A stretch of 64,000 bases of DNA from Takakia lepidozioides (taxonomy: Eukaryota > Plantae > Bryophyta): positions 57,040,001 to 57,104,000 of the forward strand of contig CM060731.1 in the NCBI GenBank assembly GCA_030704615.1, read 5' to 3'. Below are positions 1 through 10,491 of this stretch, one piece after another. Both the position numbers and the translations under genes were made by a program. Under the pieces are notes generated by a model, which saw nothing but the letters and a program-made list of their open reading frames with translations, made no database searches and had not been told where the DNA came from. Every line of letters starts with the position of its first letter. Positions within the stretch are counted from its first letter, which is position 1.

Positions 1-249
1 AAGTATGCCAGAATCAAGGATTATTTGAGCAATGATTGGGCCAGACACTATTATAGGAGACTTTGCGGTAGTACCTTGTAATCTTTTCATCTCCTCTACC
101 AGTGCGTTGTACATTATGTCCGCCCATTATACCTCTTGTCCCTTCAGGCCTTTGAGTATTTCCTCCGTGAAGGATCTGCTCAAATATGTTGGTTCTGTAC
201 ATCACGTCGTCAGGTGTTGGGGCAAGCAGTGGATCTCAATTGCTTGACC

Positions 250-2530
250 TGGATTATCAGCTTGGCTATGGCTGAGCAACGTAGAGTGCGGAGTGCACTT
301 CCCTTTACAGTCTCTCTGCCTACCGAGACGGTACAGGCAGCGAGCGGGGGCGAGCCGGTGAGGACCACGGGGTGTAGACATCCATGGCACACGTGGGAGG
401 TGCTCGAGTTGGCAGCCAAGGCAGCTGTGATAGATGAGGTTGGGGATTCTTCTCGGGTTGAGGAGGTTCTCAATGATGAGATGATGGGGCAGGATGAGGC
501 CTTGTCATTGACTGAGACAGGCAGGGAGTACTACTCAAGAGATTGCGGCATAGCAACCACGGGACGCGTCCTCTACCTCTAAGTCTGCTGGACTTAAGGT
601 TGCAGTTACGAAGGGCAATTGGGAGCTTGACATTGGACCTATTGTCATTAGAGGAGAGAGACAACGTATACCGCGGTTCCTGAGACTTACAGGAATTGTT
701 TTGCCTCTCGTGCTACGGTGGAGGAGCATGAGAGACATGTTCAGGTTGTGCATCGACCGGGTTTGGTCAATAGGGATGTGGATGGATTGAGTCGCAATCC
801 ATGCACGAGCCAGCAGGATGACACTAGAGCTCGGTTGCATGGTGAGACGGACGAGGAGATGGTGCCGGGATGGCATGCATCTGTCTTTTTGTGTATCTTG
901 ACATCGGGAGGTCAGGTTGGACCTACAACAGGGATGACTGTAGACGGAGTGTCTGAGGACCCTGAGGCTAGTGATGAGCCAGGTGGTGCCAGAGATATAC
1001 ATGAGGATTCGGCTGTGTTGGACTACCTCCGCACGGGAGACACGGCAGCCACTGTAACTGCCAAGGAGAGGGATCGGATCTTGCAACGAGCCAAGAGGTT
1101 CAAGTGGGAGAGGACACACCTGCTCCGAGTGTGGGAGGATGGTCGAGTGAGGATTGTGCCTCACCTAACACAGCGGGCACGGTTAGTGCGGCATGCCCAT
1201 GAGGAGTTGGGGCATTTTGGGGTGCGACGCACTCATAGTCTATTGCAGGGGCAGTATTGGTGGCGTGGTATGCATACAGAGGTGCAACAATTCGTGGCTA
1301 GGTGCATGGTGTGTGACAGGGTGCGTGCTTCATTCAACGCCCCTACACCACAATTGCATCCTTTACCAATCATGGGATTGGGCTACAGGTGGAGTCTTGA
1401 ATTCGCAGGACCGTTGCCACTGATTATGTGCCACCACAGATATGTGTTGGTGATGGTGGAGCACTTCTCCAAGTGGATTGAGTTGGTTCCATTGTCTGAC
1501 AAGGCTAATGAGGGGGCTGCGTATGCATTCTTGGATCGTGTGCTTAGCCGATTTGGTGCTCCAGTTGAGGTACTCACGGACCAAGGGAGAGAGTTCTTGG
1601 GGGAGTTTTAGGCTTTGTGTGATAAAGCCTTGATAGACCACCGCACCACTTCTCGGGATCATCCTGAGGCCGATGGCTTGGCAGAGAGAGTTGTTCAGAC
1701 GGTGAAGAGGGGTTTGCGCAAGTATCGCTTGCAGAAGGGACATCTAGGAGATTGGGATCTTCAGGTTCCTTGGTTAGCCATGGGCTACAGGTTCAGCAAA
1801 CAAGCATCACTTGCCTCCTTCTCACCATATTTTCTTCTCTTTGGCCGAGAGCCGGATTTGTCTGCAGCCATTCGTAGGGACACTGCTCAAGTCCTTAACC
1901 TTGACGATCCAGACGTGTGGGTACGTGCATCTGATCAGCGTGCAGAGTTGTTCAAGAAAGTCATGCCCATGGCTTTTGAGAACCTTGCCATTGCACAGCA
2001 CCGTGATACGTTGAGGTATGCTACTATACGTGGTGGAGGCTATCGTCCTGGGGTTCGGAGGTTTAACCCTGGGGACTATGTTTATTTGCAGCAGACTGCT
2101 CCTACGACTCTGGATGTTACTGCAGGGCGTGTTATTCTGAGGGTTCAAGAGGTGTTGCCCTCAGGAGTCCTGATCTTGGAGGGTCGGGATGGCATGACTT
2201 GGAAGGACCATGTGCGTAATTGTGCGCCATGTCACCTTCCCAATGTCGATTGCAAAGTTGACCCAAACTTGGCAGTGGTACCTGCAGGTTTGATGTGCAT
2301 GCTTTGTGGGTCTGCCAAAGGGGCAGCCACCTTGCTGGTGTGTGATCGATGCTCAAGGGGTTGGCATATGGGATGCTTGACACCACCTCTTGAGAAGGTT
2401 CCTGACGGAGATTGGTTGTGTCCACACTGCTTGGGATAGTGGCAATACACATGACTGGAGGCAGCTAACAAGACATGGGAGGCCAAGCTCATATAAGTCA
2501 ATACACGAGATCCCAAGTTCAAGTTCACAG
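250..2530 (+). mobile_element. Internally deleted Ty3/gypsy LTR retrotransposon, PHD-finger family, copy 1
   Basis: ORFs 718-1611 and 1615-2439 encode the RNase H tail (VVHRPG..N.D.DGLSR), the integrase HHCC zinc finger, the rve core (LTDQG..F, GLAER) and a C-terminal PHD finger. RT is almost entirely deleted: VEEHERH joins directly to the RNase H end. The left boundary is approximate. Confidence 0.92.
718..2439 (+). pseudogene. gypsy pol remnant: integrase plus C-terminal PHD finger, with a premature stop
   Basis: TAG at 1609-1611 where the sister copy (ORF 20270-21460) reads GEFQALCDK (CAG). PHD sequence CMLC...[23 protein letters not shown]. Confidence 0.9.
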
Positions 2531-3256
2531 TGTCGCTCACCTCCCTTCAGTAAACTCCCCTTCAAGTCATAGTTACTCGCTTTGATGCGCGCGCCTGACT
2601 CCCAACCTGGCCGCCGGGCCAACTTGGAGCTTCGGCTGCTCACCGGGACATAACGGTCCCCTTTCGCTTCCCTCTAAAACCCTCCACCTAATTGGGACTA
2701 GGAGAATTCTCTTTGGTAGATGGCAGTCCGGAACAGCTCCCCACTCTTTGGTCGCTTTCCGGCTCGCTCGCTTACTCACTAGTTTTTGGTCACCAACGGG
2801 CTTGCACCGTTCTCGGGGTTACTACTCCCTATATATACTTCTGTAGCTGTCCGCGGGGGTTTCACAACCAGCCATGCCATTTTATGGCGAACCACCACGA
2901 AGACCCTCGATTCCCGGTGGTGAGTCGCGGTGAGTCTTGGCCCGCTCACCACGGCCCCTATGGACCGTGATGAGTCCCAAGACTCCCCACGACTCCCACC
3001 ACGAGGTCTCCGCCCCCATGGTGAGTCCTATGTCACCCCCACTAAGTCCCACTAAGCTACCACCACCCCTTGTGGAGCCACCCCCACCGCAACCCGGTGT
3101 GCGGGGCTCCACCTAGTGAGCGCCTCCGCTTCCCTGAGTGCCTTGGGCACTCAAGGGTGCCTCAGCCCCCCATACCTATCGCTGCCGCTGCCCCCACCAC
3201 AGGGGCAGCCCCTCATGTGTCCCGACCCCCTGCCCTCAAGGCAAAAGGCTGCGACA
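2531..3256 (-). mobile_element. LTR family A (726 bp), 3' LTR of a minus-strand element inserted into the PHD-gypsy 3' UTR
   Basis: Termini TGTCGC...GCGACA. On the minus strand it is preceded by a purine-rich PPT (ggtaggggtgtg, 3257-3268) and a small hairpin (3276-3295). It contains TATATATAGGG and is homologous to 25979-26696 and 18271-18474. The host 3' UTR stops at aagttcacag, where the sister PHD copy continues. Confidence 0.88.
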
Positions 3257-5908
3257 CACACCCCTACCAACAGGGAGTCGATGTCCTCATCGACTTGTCC
3301 ATTTTGTAAAAACGAACATCCAAGTTGTGGCGTCCCACATCAAGGAGTTTGTTTCTGTACCATGGCGTCCCATGGCAAAGAACCAAACCCCACACTTGAC
3401 TCTACTCTCCACTAGCTAGTTCGGCCGACTTCCTCCAAGTCCCGGCCAAGGGTGGAGCCTCTCCAGCTCCTCCCAGTGCACTCTTCTTGGCCTACTTCAA
3501 GGCCAAGGAACGATCCTCCCCGAGGATCGAATCGCCTTACTGCAACAACATTGCTTGCGATCGCTCATGATGCCGTTTTTGGCATCACCTTGAGCAAGGA
3601 TTCACCTGGAACCCTCTTTGACTAGGAAGATAACCTTGAACCAACCATGCGCCCCAATCACTACAATTGGGTCCGTCTTGGAATGCTGGCCTGAGGTGCG
3701 GGAACACGCCGAAGCCGCACTACGACTTCGTCCCGAGGCTACACGATTATAGTACGTGAACGGAAGCACGTAGCTTCCGCGTTAGCCCGCACTACAAGGC
3801 AACCCCCTCGGTAGCGCAATTATAGTACGCGCACGCGCCAGGTGCGCACTAGCACGTGAACTCCCAAAGAAGGCGCAAGTTTCATTGCCCCTTGGATGGG
3901 AGTCACCCGATTTCGGCACTGCGCAAACACACGATTACCCAATTTACCTCTCCCACTTTTGTAAGCTAGCATGCATTCTACACACTAGCCAACCACACCA
4001 TGCATCACCATTCCAAACACAATAGGACGCACAATATTTGGAACCCATTTCCTTTATAACAAATTTTTGTACAATACAAGTTTTTGCAATCGGATTCCTG
4101 AGCTAGCTAAACCGGGCTAAGCATGCATTTCCTCCCCCACGCTCCAAGGTTGATGTCCCCATCAACGCTTCTTCCGCTTTTGAGGTCGCCCTTCGAAAGC
4201 TGCAACCGCCTCGGATGCGTTTCCCATTTCTGAGGCACGCACCCAAGCAAACTTTGGCAGACTCCTGGTTTGTTCTCCTGCTTGAAACTTTTTGATGGAT
4301 TCTTTCTTTATTGCTGCACCTTTGTCACCATGAGGAGACATGGGCCACTGGCAGATGGTCATGCAGGACTTGATCTCTGGCAAGACCACGGTGACTTTGG
4401 TGTCCGGTAATATGGTGATATCATGCTGTCTTATGTTCCATGTCCCTGTCTCCTCGCCTGCCTGTAGTCCAATTTCATCTCTGGTGTTGGGTCCTAAAAT
4501 ATGCCCTATTTCCTATGAGGGTTGCAGACTTTTGAACTGTTCTTGAAAGGAGTTGATGATGGTCTGATTTGCAGTCAAAGATCAGACAATGTCAATGACA
4601 TTTTAGGCTACATGGGAAGGACCTTTTGTGTGGGCTTTGTGTGTTTGATGTTTGGGTTCTTAATCTGGGGTTTGGTGCCAATCATTCAGCTCACCACTGC
4701 AGGCATGATCCTCCTCTATGTCACTATGTTCCAGGATGGAATCACCGATGATTCTTTTTTAAGGTGGTTTGATACAAGTTATATGACATGGATGTAGCCT
4801 TGTAGCTTTAGCTTATGCAGTGGACCACCGTAGCTCCAGTTTACATCCTCCTGAAACAAACAGGGAATCAAAATCGTCTTGTGTAATCACTATTGTGTGA
4901 GTGTGTTACTTGAAGGGAATTAGGCACACAGTGGGCAGAAATGACTTCCTCAGATATGGAAGTTAGGTCAACTTGCAGGTATGCTTGCTGGTCGTGCTCA
5001 CCTGTGCCTGTAGCAATGCCAGGTGGCTTTCCCTGTACTGAGATTGGCTTGTGGCCATAGGTCTGCCAGAGGCCGATTGTCATGCATTGATGCATCTTGC
5101 ATGCATGCATCTGTTCCAGCAGGAAAATATCTCATGGAGCAAGCAAGGCACCGGGTGCTTTCCCGGCTAGATAAAACTTGACAGTTTGTTGTTCTGAAGC
5201 AGTTTCCGAGCAAACCCAACCAGTTTTGCCCCTTGTGACTGGAGATTGCAAGCATATCTGCTTATGTCTCTGCATCACCGACAGGTGTGGCCTCCTCTGC
5301 CTGCCGTTTCTCCGGTATCTGACTCTCAGAGCATTGGCTGCCTTGTTTGGGCTTAGATTTTGGGATAGAGTGAATCAGTCCTCAACCTTTCAAACAGCTG
5401 ACATCTAGTTCGAATCACGAAGCAAGATTGTTTAAGAGATGGATTCTCTATGCTTTCAACCCGCTTCAGTCACATGAATCAGTGAGCATTGCCTCTGGCA
5501 GACCAACACCATTTCTCGGATGTGTGGAGGTAGTGTGGATTGTGGACAGGCGTGAGCGGGGTAAGTTTATCATCTAATCTCACTACATGGCACCTGCAGT
5601 TTCTTTTTCTTTTGCCATGGATCTGTGAAAGTGAATCTTTATGTCCTACATGTTGGAAATTCTTAGACATGAGACATTCCATCACAGATTCCTGCATGCT
5701 AGATTTTGCATGCATCTAACCATTTCGAATGTGCATACTGTATAGCGATTTGCTTATCTGTAGCTGCAAGTTATTTGTTCTCCTGTAAGCATAATTGCTA
5801 CCCAGGATATGACCTACTTGAAAGAATACTGCATCCTACACGCGTCCCTCCAGTTCATCCAGTATGAGCCGCACTTGAATGGTAAAACAAGGCACGACAT
5901 GTAAGATT

Positions 5909-5967
5909 CATCCATCCACGTGAGATGTGTGCATCCATCCACGTGAGATGTGTGCATCCATCCACGT
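5909..5967. repeat. 23-bp tandem repeat (about 2.5 copies) containing CACGTG
   Basis: catccatccacgtgagatgtgtg starts at 5909 and 5932, with a partial copy at 5955. Confidence 0.9.
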
Positions 5968-6789
5968 CAGCTAGGTTCTCTATCTCCTTCTTTGCTACGT
6001 CGTCATTTTCTCGCAAGTTTCTCTCTCTTCACTTTCTGTTTGGCACGCAACGTGACTGCAAGCTCCGTTCCTCAGGAGCGACGATCTAGGCTCGAGCAGG
6101 TACAACTGGCTGAATGATTCACGTCTATAAGCAGCTCTTTCCTCCCGCTCAATCGACCATACAGGCTTGTCTTGCAACTGCGGCCCAGGAGAACTTCCAT
6201 ATGTACTGTTGCAAGTCCATAATAAGCTATCACATGGCACATAGGTAGAGTACTTCGACTCCACTACTACGCTCACTTCTCCACTCAGAACCCGTCGAAA
6301 CATAGCTAACCGTTAAGGTCAATAGTAACCGTTAAGGTCAATAGTCACGTCCACTGAAGATTGATAGACCAGTAGTGGGCAGAACTCGGAATTTTCATGA
6401 TTAGCGCCAATGTGCAGTGACGTAAAACACTGGCAAATTTTTTTCTTTGTAATTCAAGGAACCTCCCTGGCCGCAAGGTTCCCCGATTTACGGGAAGTAC
6501 CTTCCGCGTTTGGAAGGGTCCCCCGATTTGCGGGGCAAGGAGCGGGAAAGAAAAATTTCCCAGTTTTTCACATTGGGGAAAGGTCGTTCCCACGGCCCTT
6601 CCTGAATTTTCGAGCACCCGGAACTCGGGCTGATGGCCACATGTGCTCCTCAGCACCCCTGATCGAGAGCCTGGATTCTTTCAACAACTCTCGTAGAGGT
6701 TACTGCCTCAGGTTTGCTACTGACTATGAAGACAGAACTCATCTTCTGCCATGACTTCTAGGGAGCAAGATCAATCTTAATAAAAGAAA

Positions 6790-7130
6790 TTGTCGCGTTT
6801 ACTTGGATCTCAGAGCAAACAAGAAGACGTGATCTGGAGTTTTGAGGATGAAGACCCAACCCTAGTGAAAGAGCAAGCAAGTGTTCCACAGGGCATGCTT
6901 GATGTCATAAAGATTTACTACAGCCGTGTCTCCGACTTCGATGACATGGCTACCACTACCATCAACATAACGCGCTTCATCAAACAGGAATTGAAGCTTA
7001 CAGCAGCAGCTGACACCGTTGTGGTGAAGATGGGCATAGAGGGGTTTGAATGGCCAATTCTGGAGAGATGGATCCAGAACCCTACCATGGCAGATATTCT
7101 CCGATGAGTTGCTTGTGGAGATCGACACTA
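6790..7130 (+). pseudogene. FkbM-like SAM-dependent methyltransferase remnant
   Basis: TVVVKMGIEGFEWPIL...ADI, then a frameshift into DELLVEI. This matches the FkbM pattern KMDIEG.E..IL...IDE..VE. The upstream part contains stops. Confidence 0.65.
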
Positions 7131-7684
7131 CCACCACCTCACTCAATGGGCACATGTTTGTATTCATCCATGATAAATTGCTGGGTCATCCGTAATGACT
7201 TTGAATCTGTCCACTTCCAGATAGGCTGACGATCATAGGGTGTGCTACCTGCATGCTGCACCGTCGTTGCTGTTCTTGTGTTGACGGGGTGGCGGCCAGT
7301 CAACGGTGCTTTCGTGACGGACCCGATGTCGGTGTCGAGAATTGTGCACGAGTGTTGTAAGCAATCAGGCTGTGGAGGTGGCCGGACATTGCCCTATTTT
7401 TGGTGCGGCTGACAATCGCTATTGCCTCAAGATTTTGTGCTCGAGACTCGAGTTTCAGTGGAGAGATGCTCGGCATTTTCTTGCATCGGTAATGGGGAAC
7501 TAGTCTTTCTATGTATATATGTGGGTATCTTGCTATGGATGGTGCTCTTTGGATCATTGTCCAAGTAGGTTGTGGGCTCGGGGAGGAGGATGTGAGTTTG
7601 GCAGCTGGGAGTGTAAGTGTGAAGGGCGAAATACTAAAGGTGGTTAGTACAATCGACGTCTTGGTGGTCAGCTAGCTCCAAGAA

Positions 7685-9100
7685 ATGCATATGCCAAAAT
7701 TTCCTGGAAAAATGAAGATAATCGTTCTAGTGCTGATGGGGTGTCTAGTAATGCCGGAGCTGCTGCCTGTTTGCTTTGCTGCTGATGTGTGGGTCACGTA
7801 CCCGGACCAGAGTCGCTTGATTTCCTGGGATGGAGGCAGGTCTTTCACCGATGATGCAGCCGTAACCTCTTCCACAATTGTAGTCGATGAGGGAAGTACA
7901 TATCAGACCATGGAGGGATTCGGGGCGGCTCTCACTGACTCTGCAGCCTGGTTGATCCAGTACAAGCTTTCGACGTCGGACCGCTCGACTGTGATGCAGA
8001 ACCTCTTCGGATTCGACGATGGCAATGCTGGTATCAGCTACTTGCGCATCCCCCTTGGTGGAAGCGACATAGCCCTCTCTCACTACACGTACGACGACTG
8101 CTCCGGCGACCCTAACTTGACGAGATTCTCCATCGACCATGACCTGTCGTACATCATCCCTATTGCACAGCAAGCCAAAACCATCGACTCAAGCTTGAAG
8201 TACATGGGGAGTCCTTGGTCTGCGCCGGCTTGGATGAAGACCAGCAACAACCTCGACAATGGGAAGCTCGATACTGCGTACTACCCAAACTATGCCAGCT
8301 ATCTGCGCAAGGTGTATGATGCATATCAGGCCAACAGAGTGACATTCGATGCCATGACCATCCAGAATGAGCCTCAATATGAACCTAACACCTACCCAGG
8401 CATGAAGTATGAGTGGTACGATGAACTCAACTTCGTGAGAGGTCATCTGTCTGCACGAATGAGCGGAACTGGAGTAAAGCTCCTGACCTTCGACCATAAT
8501 TGGGACATGCTCTGGTACCCCGAAGCGGTGATGAACGAAGGATCTGCGTACTATACTGGCTCCGCATGGCATTGCTATGGAGGAAATTATAGCGCAATGG
8601 GGCAAATGCATGATGCATATCCTCAAAAAGATATTTACTTCACCGAGTGTTCCGGGACATTCAGCAATAACGATTTTGGTAGCAACCTGAAGTGGAACAT
8701 GCAGAACCTCTTCATCGGAGGGATCCGCAACTGGGCCAAAACTGTCTTATTATGGAGCCTTGCACTGGATCCCTCCGGTAGTCCACACACAGGAGGATGC
8801 TCCGACTGCAGAGGAGTGATCTCTATCGATCAGAATTCTTCGCAAGTGACATACAACGTAGAATTCTACGTCATTGCTCACTTTGCGAGGTTTGTGTGGC
8901 CGGGGGCTGTGCGCATCGGCTCCACGCAATCCTCGGATGGAAACTATATAGGGGTGGCGTTCAGAAACACCGATGGGCACAAAGCTCTGGTTGTCTTGAA
9001 CCAGGGAAGTGAATGTGGGACGTTCAAGGTGGTGTGGGCAGGGAAATCCATCTACCAGAGCTTGCCTGCCTCAGGGGTTGCAACTGTTTTCTGGACATAG
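7685..9100 (+). CDS. Secreted glycoside hydrolase family 30 (glucosylceramidase-like; probable endo-beta-1,6-glucanase type), intronless
   Basis: 471-aa open ORF with a hydrophobic signal peptide. GH30 motifs YQTMEGFGAALTDS, LRIPLGGSD, SPWSAPAWMK, QNEP (acid/base), HCY, FTEC (nucleophile), NW..TVLLW.LALD..G.P..GGC..CRG and HF.RFV.PGAVRI. The start could instead be M at 7712. Confidence 0.93.
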   Translation: MHMPKFPGKMKIIVLVLMGCLVMPELLPVCFAADVWVTYPDQSRLISWDGGRSFTDDAAVTSSTIVVDEGSTYQTMEGFGAALTDSAAWLIQYKLSTSDRSTVMQNLFGFDDGNAGISYLRIPLGGSDIALSHYTYDDCSGDPNLTRFSIDHDLSYIIPIAQQAKTIDSSLKYMGSPWSAPAWMKTSNNLDNGKLDTAYYPNYASYLRKVYDAYQANRVTFDAMTIQNEPQYEPNTYPGMKYEWYDELNFVRGHLSARMSGTGVKLLTFDHNWDMLWYPEAVMNEGSAYYTGSAWHCYGGNYSAMGQMHDAYPQKDIYFTECSGTFSNNDFGSNLKWNMQNLFIGGIRNWAKTVLLWSLALDPSGSPHTGGCSDCRGVISIDQNSSQVTYNVEFYVIAHFARFVWPGAVRIGSTQSSDGNYIGVAFRNTDGHKALVVLNQGSECGTFKVVWAGKSIYQSLPASGVATVFWT

Positions 9101-9341
9101 GTATAATAGCGTCTTCAATTTAGCAAATGAGCACTCCACTAACATATGGAATGCGCACTGGGACTGCAGTAATCGATTCTGTCAATGTATAGATTTCTTA
9201 AGCCATGCTGCGGCATTCTATTCTTCAAATTTACATACTTGTTGATGATCCCATGGATTTATATGACCATCTGAGCAATTGAGCGGTGTGAAGGCCTGGT
9301 CTGAAATGCATTCTTTAAACTCTAAGGCCTCGGAAATTACT

Positions 9342-9692
9342 GCCACTTTACACTAGGGCCCAAGCCCAAGAAATCCTGGGCCCAATTTCTGCCACTCTTG
9401 GGCTGGTCTTGGGCCAACTTCAACGGTCATGATCACACAAAAATAGCCATCCTAGCATTCTTGGTCCGGGCCAACTTATTAGAGTTGGGTCTCCATTCTA
9501 GGAGGGCTCCTTTTTCTTGGTCCGGCCCAAGAAGTTGGAGCCAAAACTTGTGCCATGTCGGCAAATGACCCACTTCCATTTTCTTGGGCTCCAGCCGTAG
9601 TGTAAAGCCGTTGGGCCGAATTTTCAGGCCTCCGCCAATGGGAATGCTCCATTCTCAGTTGGTCTTGGGCTTGGGCCCTAGTGTAAAGCGGC
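9342..9692. mobile_element. MITE (~350 bp) with 30-bp terminal inverted repeats, possibly PIF/Harbinger-type
   Basis: gccactttacactagggcccaagcccaaga ... tcttgggcttgggccctagtgtaaagcggc (1 mismatch). Internal GGGCC/GCCCAA motifs; no clear TSD. Confidence 0.8.
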
Positions 9693-10082
9693 CAAATTTA
9701 CAATTTTTGTATTATTGGGAGGGAAAAATTTAAACCGTGGAGCACGCAGGTCACATCGAGACCAGATTCATGAACAAACCAACAGCCACTACTAGACTAA
9801 ACATGAACGAAAATCCTCGTGATGGCGAGTATCCGCGGTAATCAGAGGCCCCCAAGTAACCCCATGATCCACATCAACGAAAGAAGTAGCCAATCAAGAG
9901 AGTAACCTTCCCAACATTAAGACTTGCAGATGCAAGTGAGAAACTGCATAACGCCAAAGAAGCAAATAGAAGAAGCAACAATCTTCGACCCATTGACCCG
10001 GATCAGTATCGGGCAAGGCCTTGTGAAGCCTTAAAACAAGCCTGAAGCATATACTCCTTTCCTCTCAAGAAGCAAGGTTTCA

Positions 10083-10489
10083 TGACAAAGGGGCGAGCAG
10101 AAAGAGCAAGCAACGCGCGAAAGGAGGATCAAACACACGGATCTGACACAAAGCAGCTCTCATCCAAAGCTTGTACACCAAAATCACATATATACTAACA
10201 CCCGAGTACACCGCCCTGACCTTGTGTAAGGCGCCGTCTTTATACAAAAGCCCTAGCTTTAGTGGCCCGCGGCGTGGCGAGGCGTCACAAGCCAAAGCCC
10301 TCAGCGCCGCCTTGTAGCCCTGGATCTGATGAAGGGCCAGGATCGAGCCACCAGCCAAAACTAAACCTAACCTAGATATCATTGTAACGGTTTAACGGCT
10401 TTATACGCCAAGAAAATATACTATGGATGTGTATCGTCGTTTTGGATGAAACGGGCTATTTCTAGGCTAAGCAAATATGGGGCTTTACA
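10083..10489 (-). mobile_element. Solo LTR family B (407 bp)
   Basis: On the minus strand it reads TGTAAAGCC...CTTTGTCA. A close inverted copy lies at 18630-19019. Confidence 0.82.
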
Positions 10490-10491
10490 TC

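Noticed and set aside
2573-3419. ORFs shared between 2.6-3.4 kb, 18.2-18.6 kb and 25.9-26.7 kb
   Set aside because: They are incidental translations of GC-rich LTR family A.
4160-6300. Possible minus-strand gene remnant
   Set aside because: Only short ORFs and scattered splice-like sites; no recognisable motif.
6790-9100. FkbM remnant plus GH30 as a transferred bacterial operon
   Set aside because: FkbM-like proteins with this motif are native to plants, the gap is about 550 bp, and there is no operon signal.
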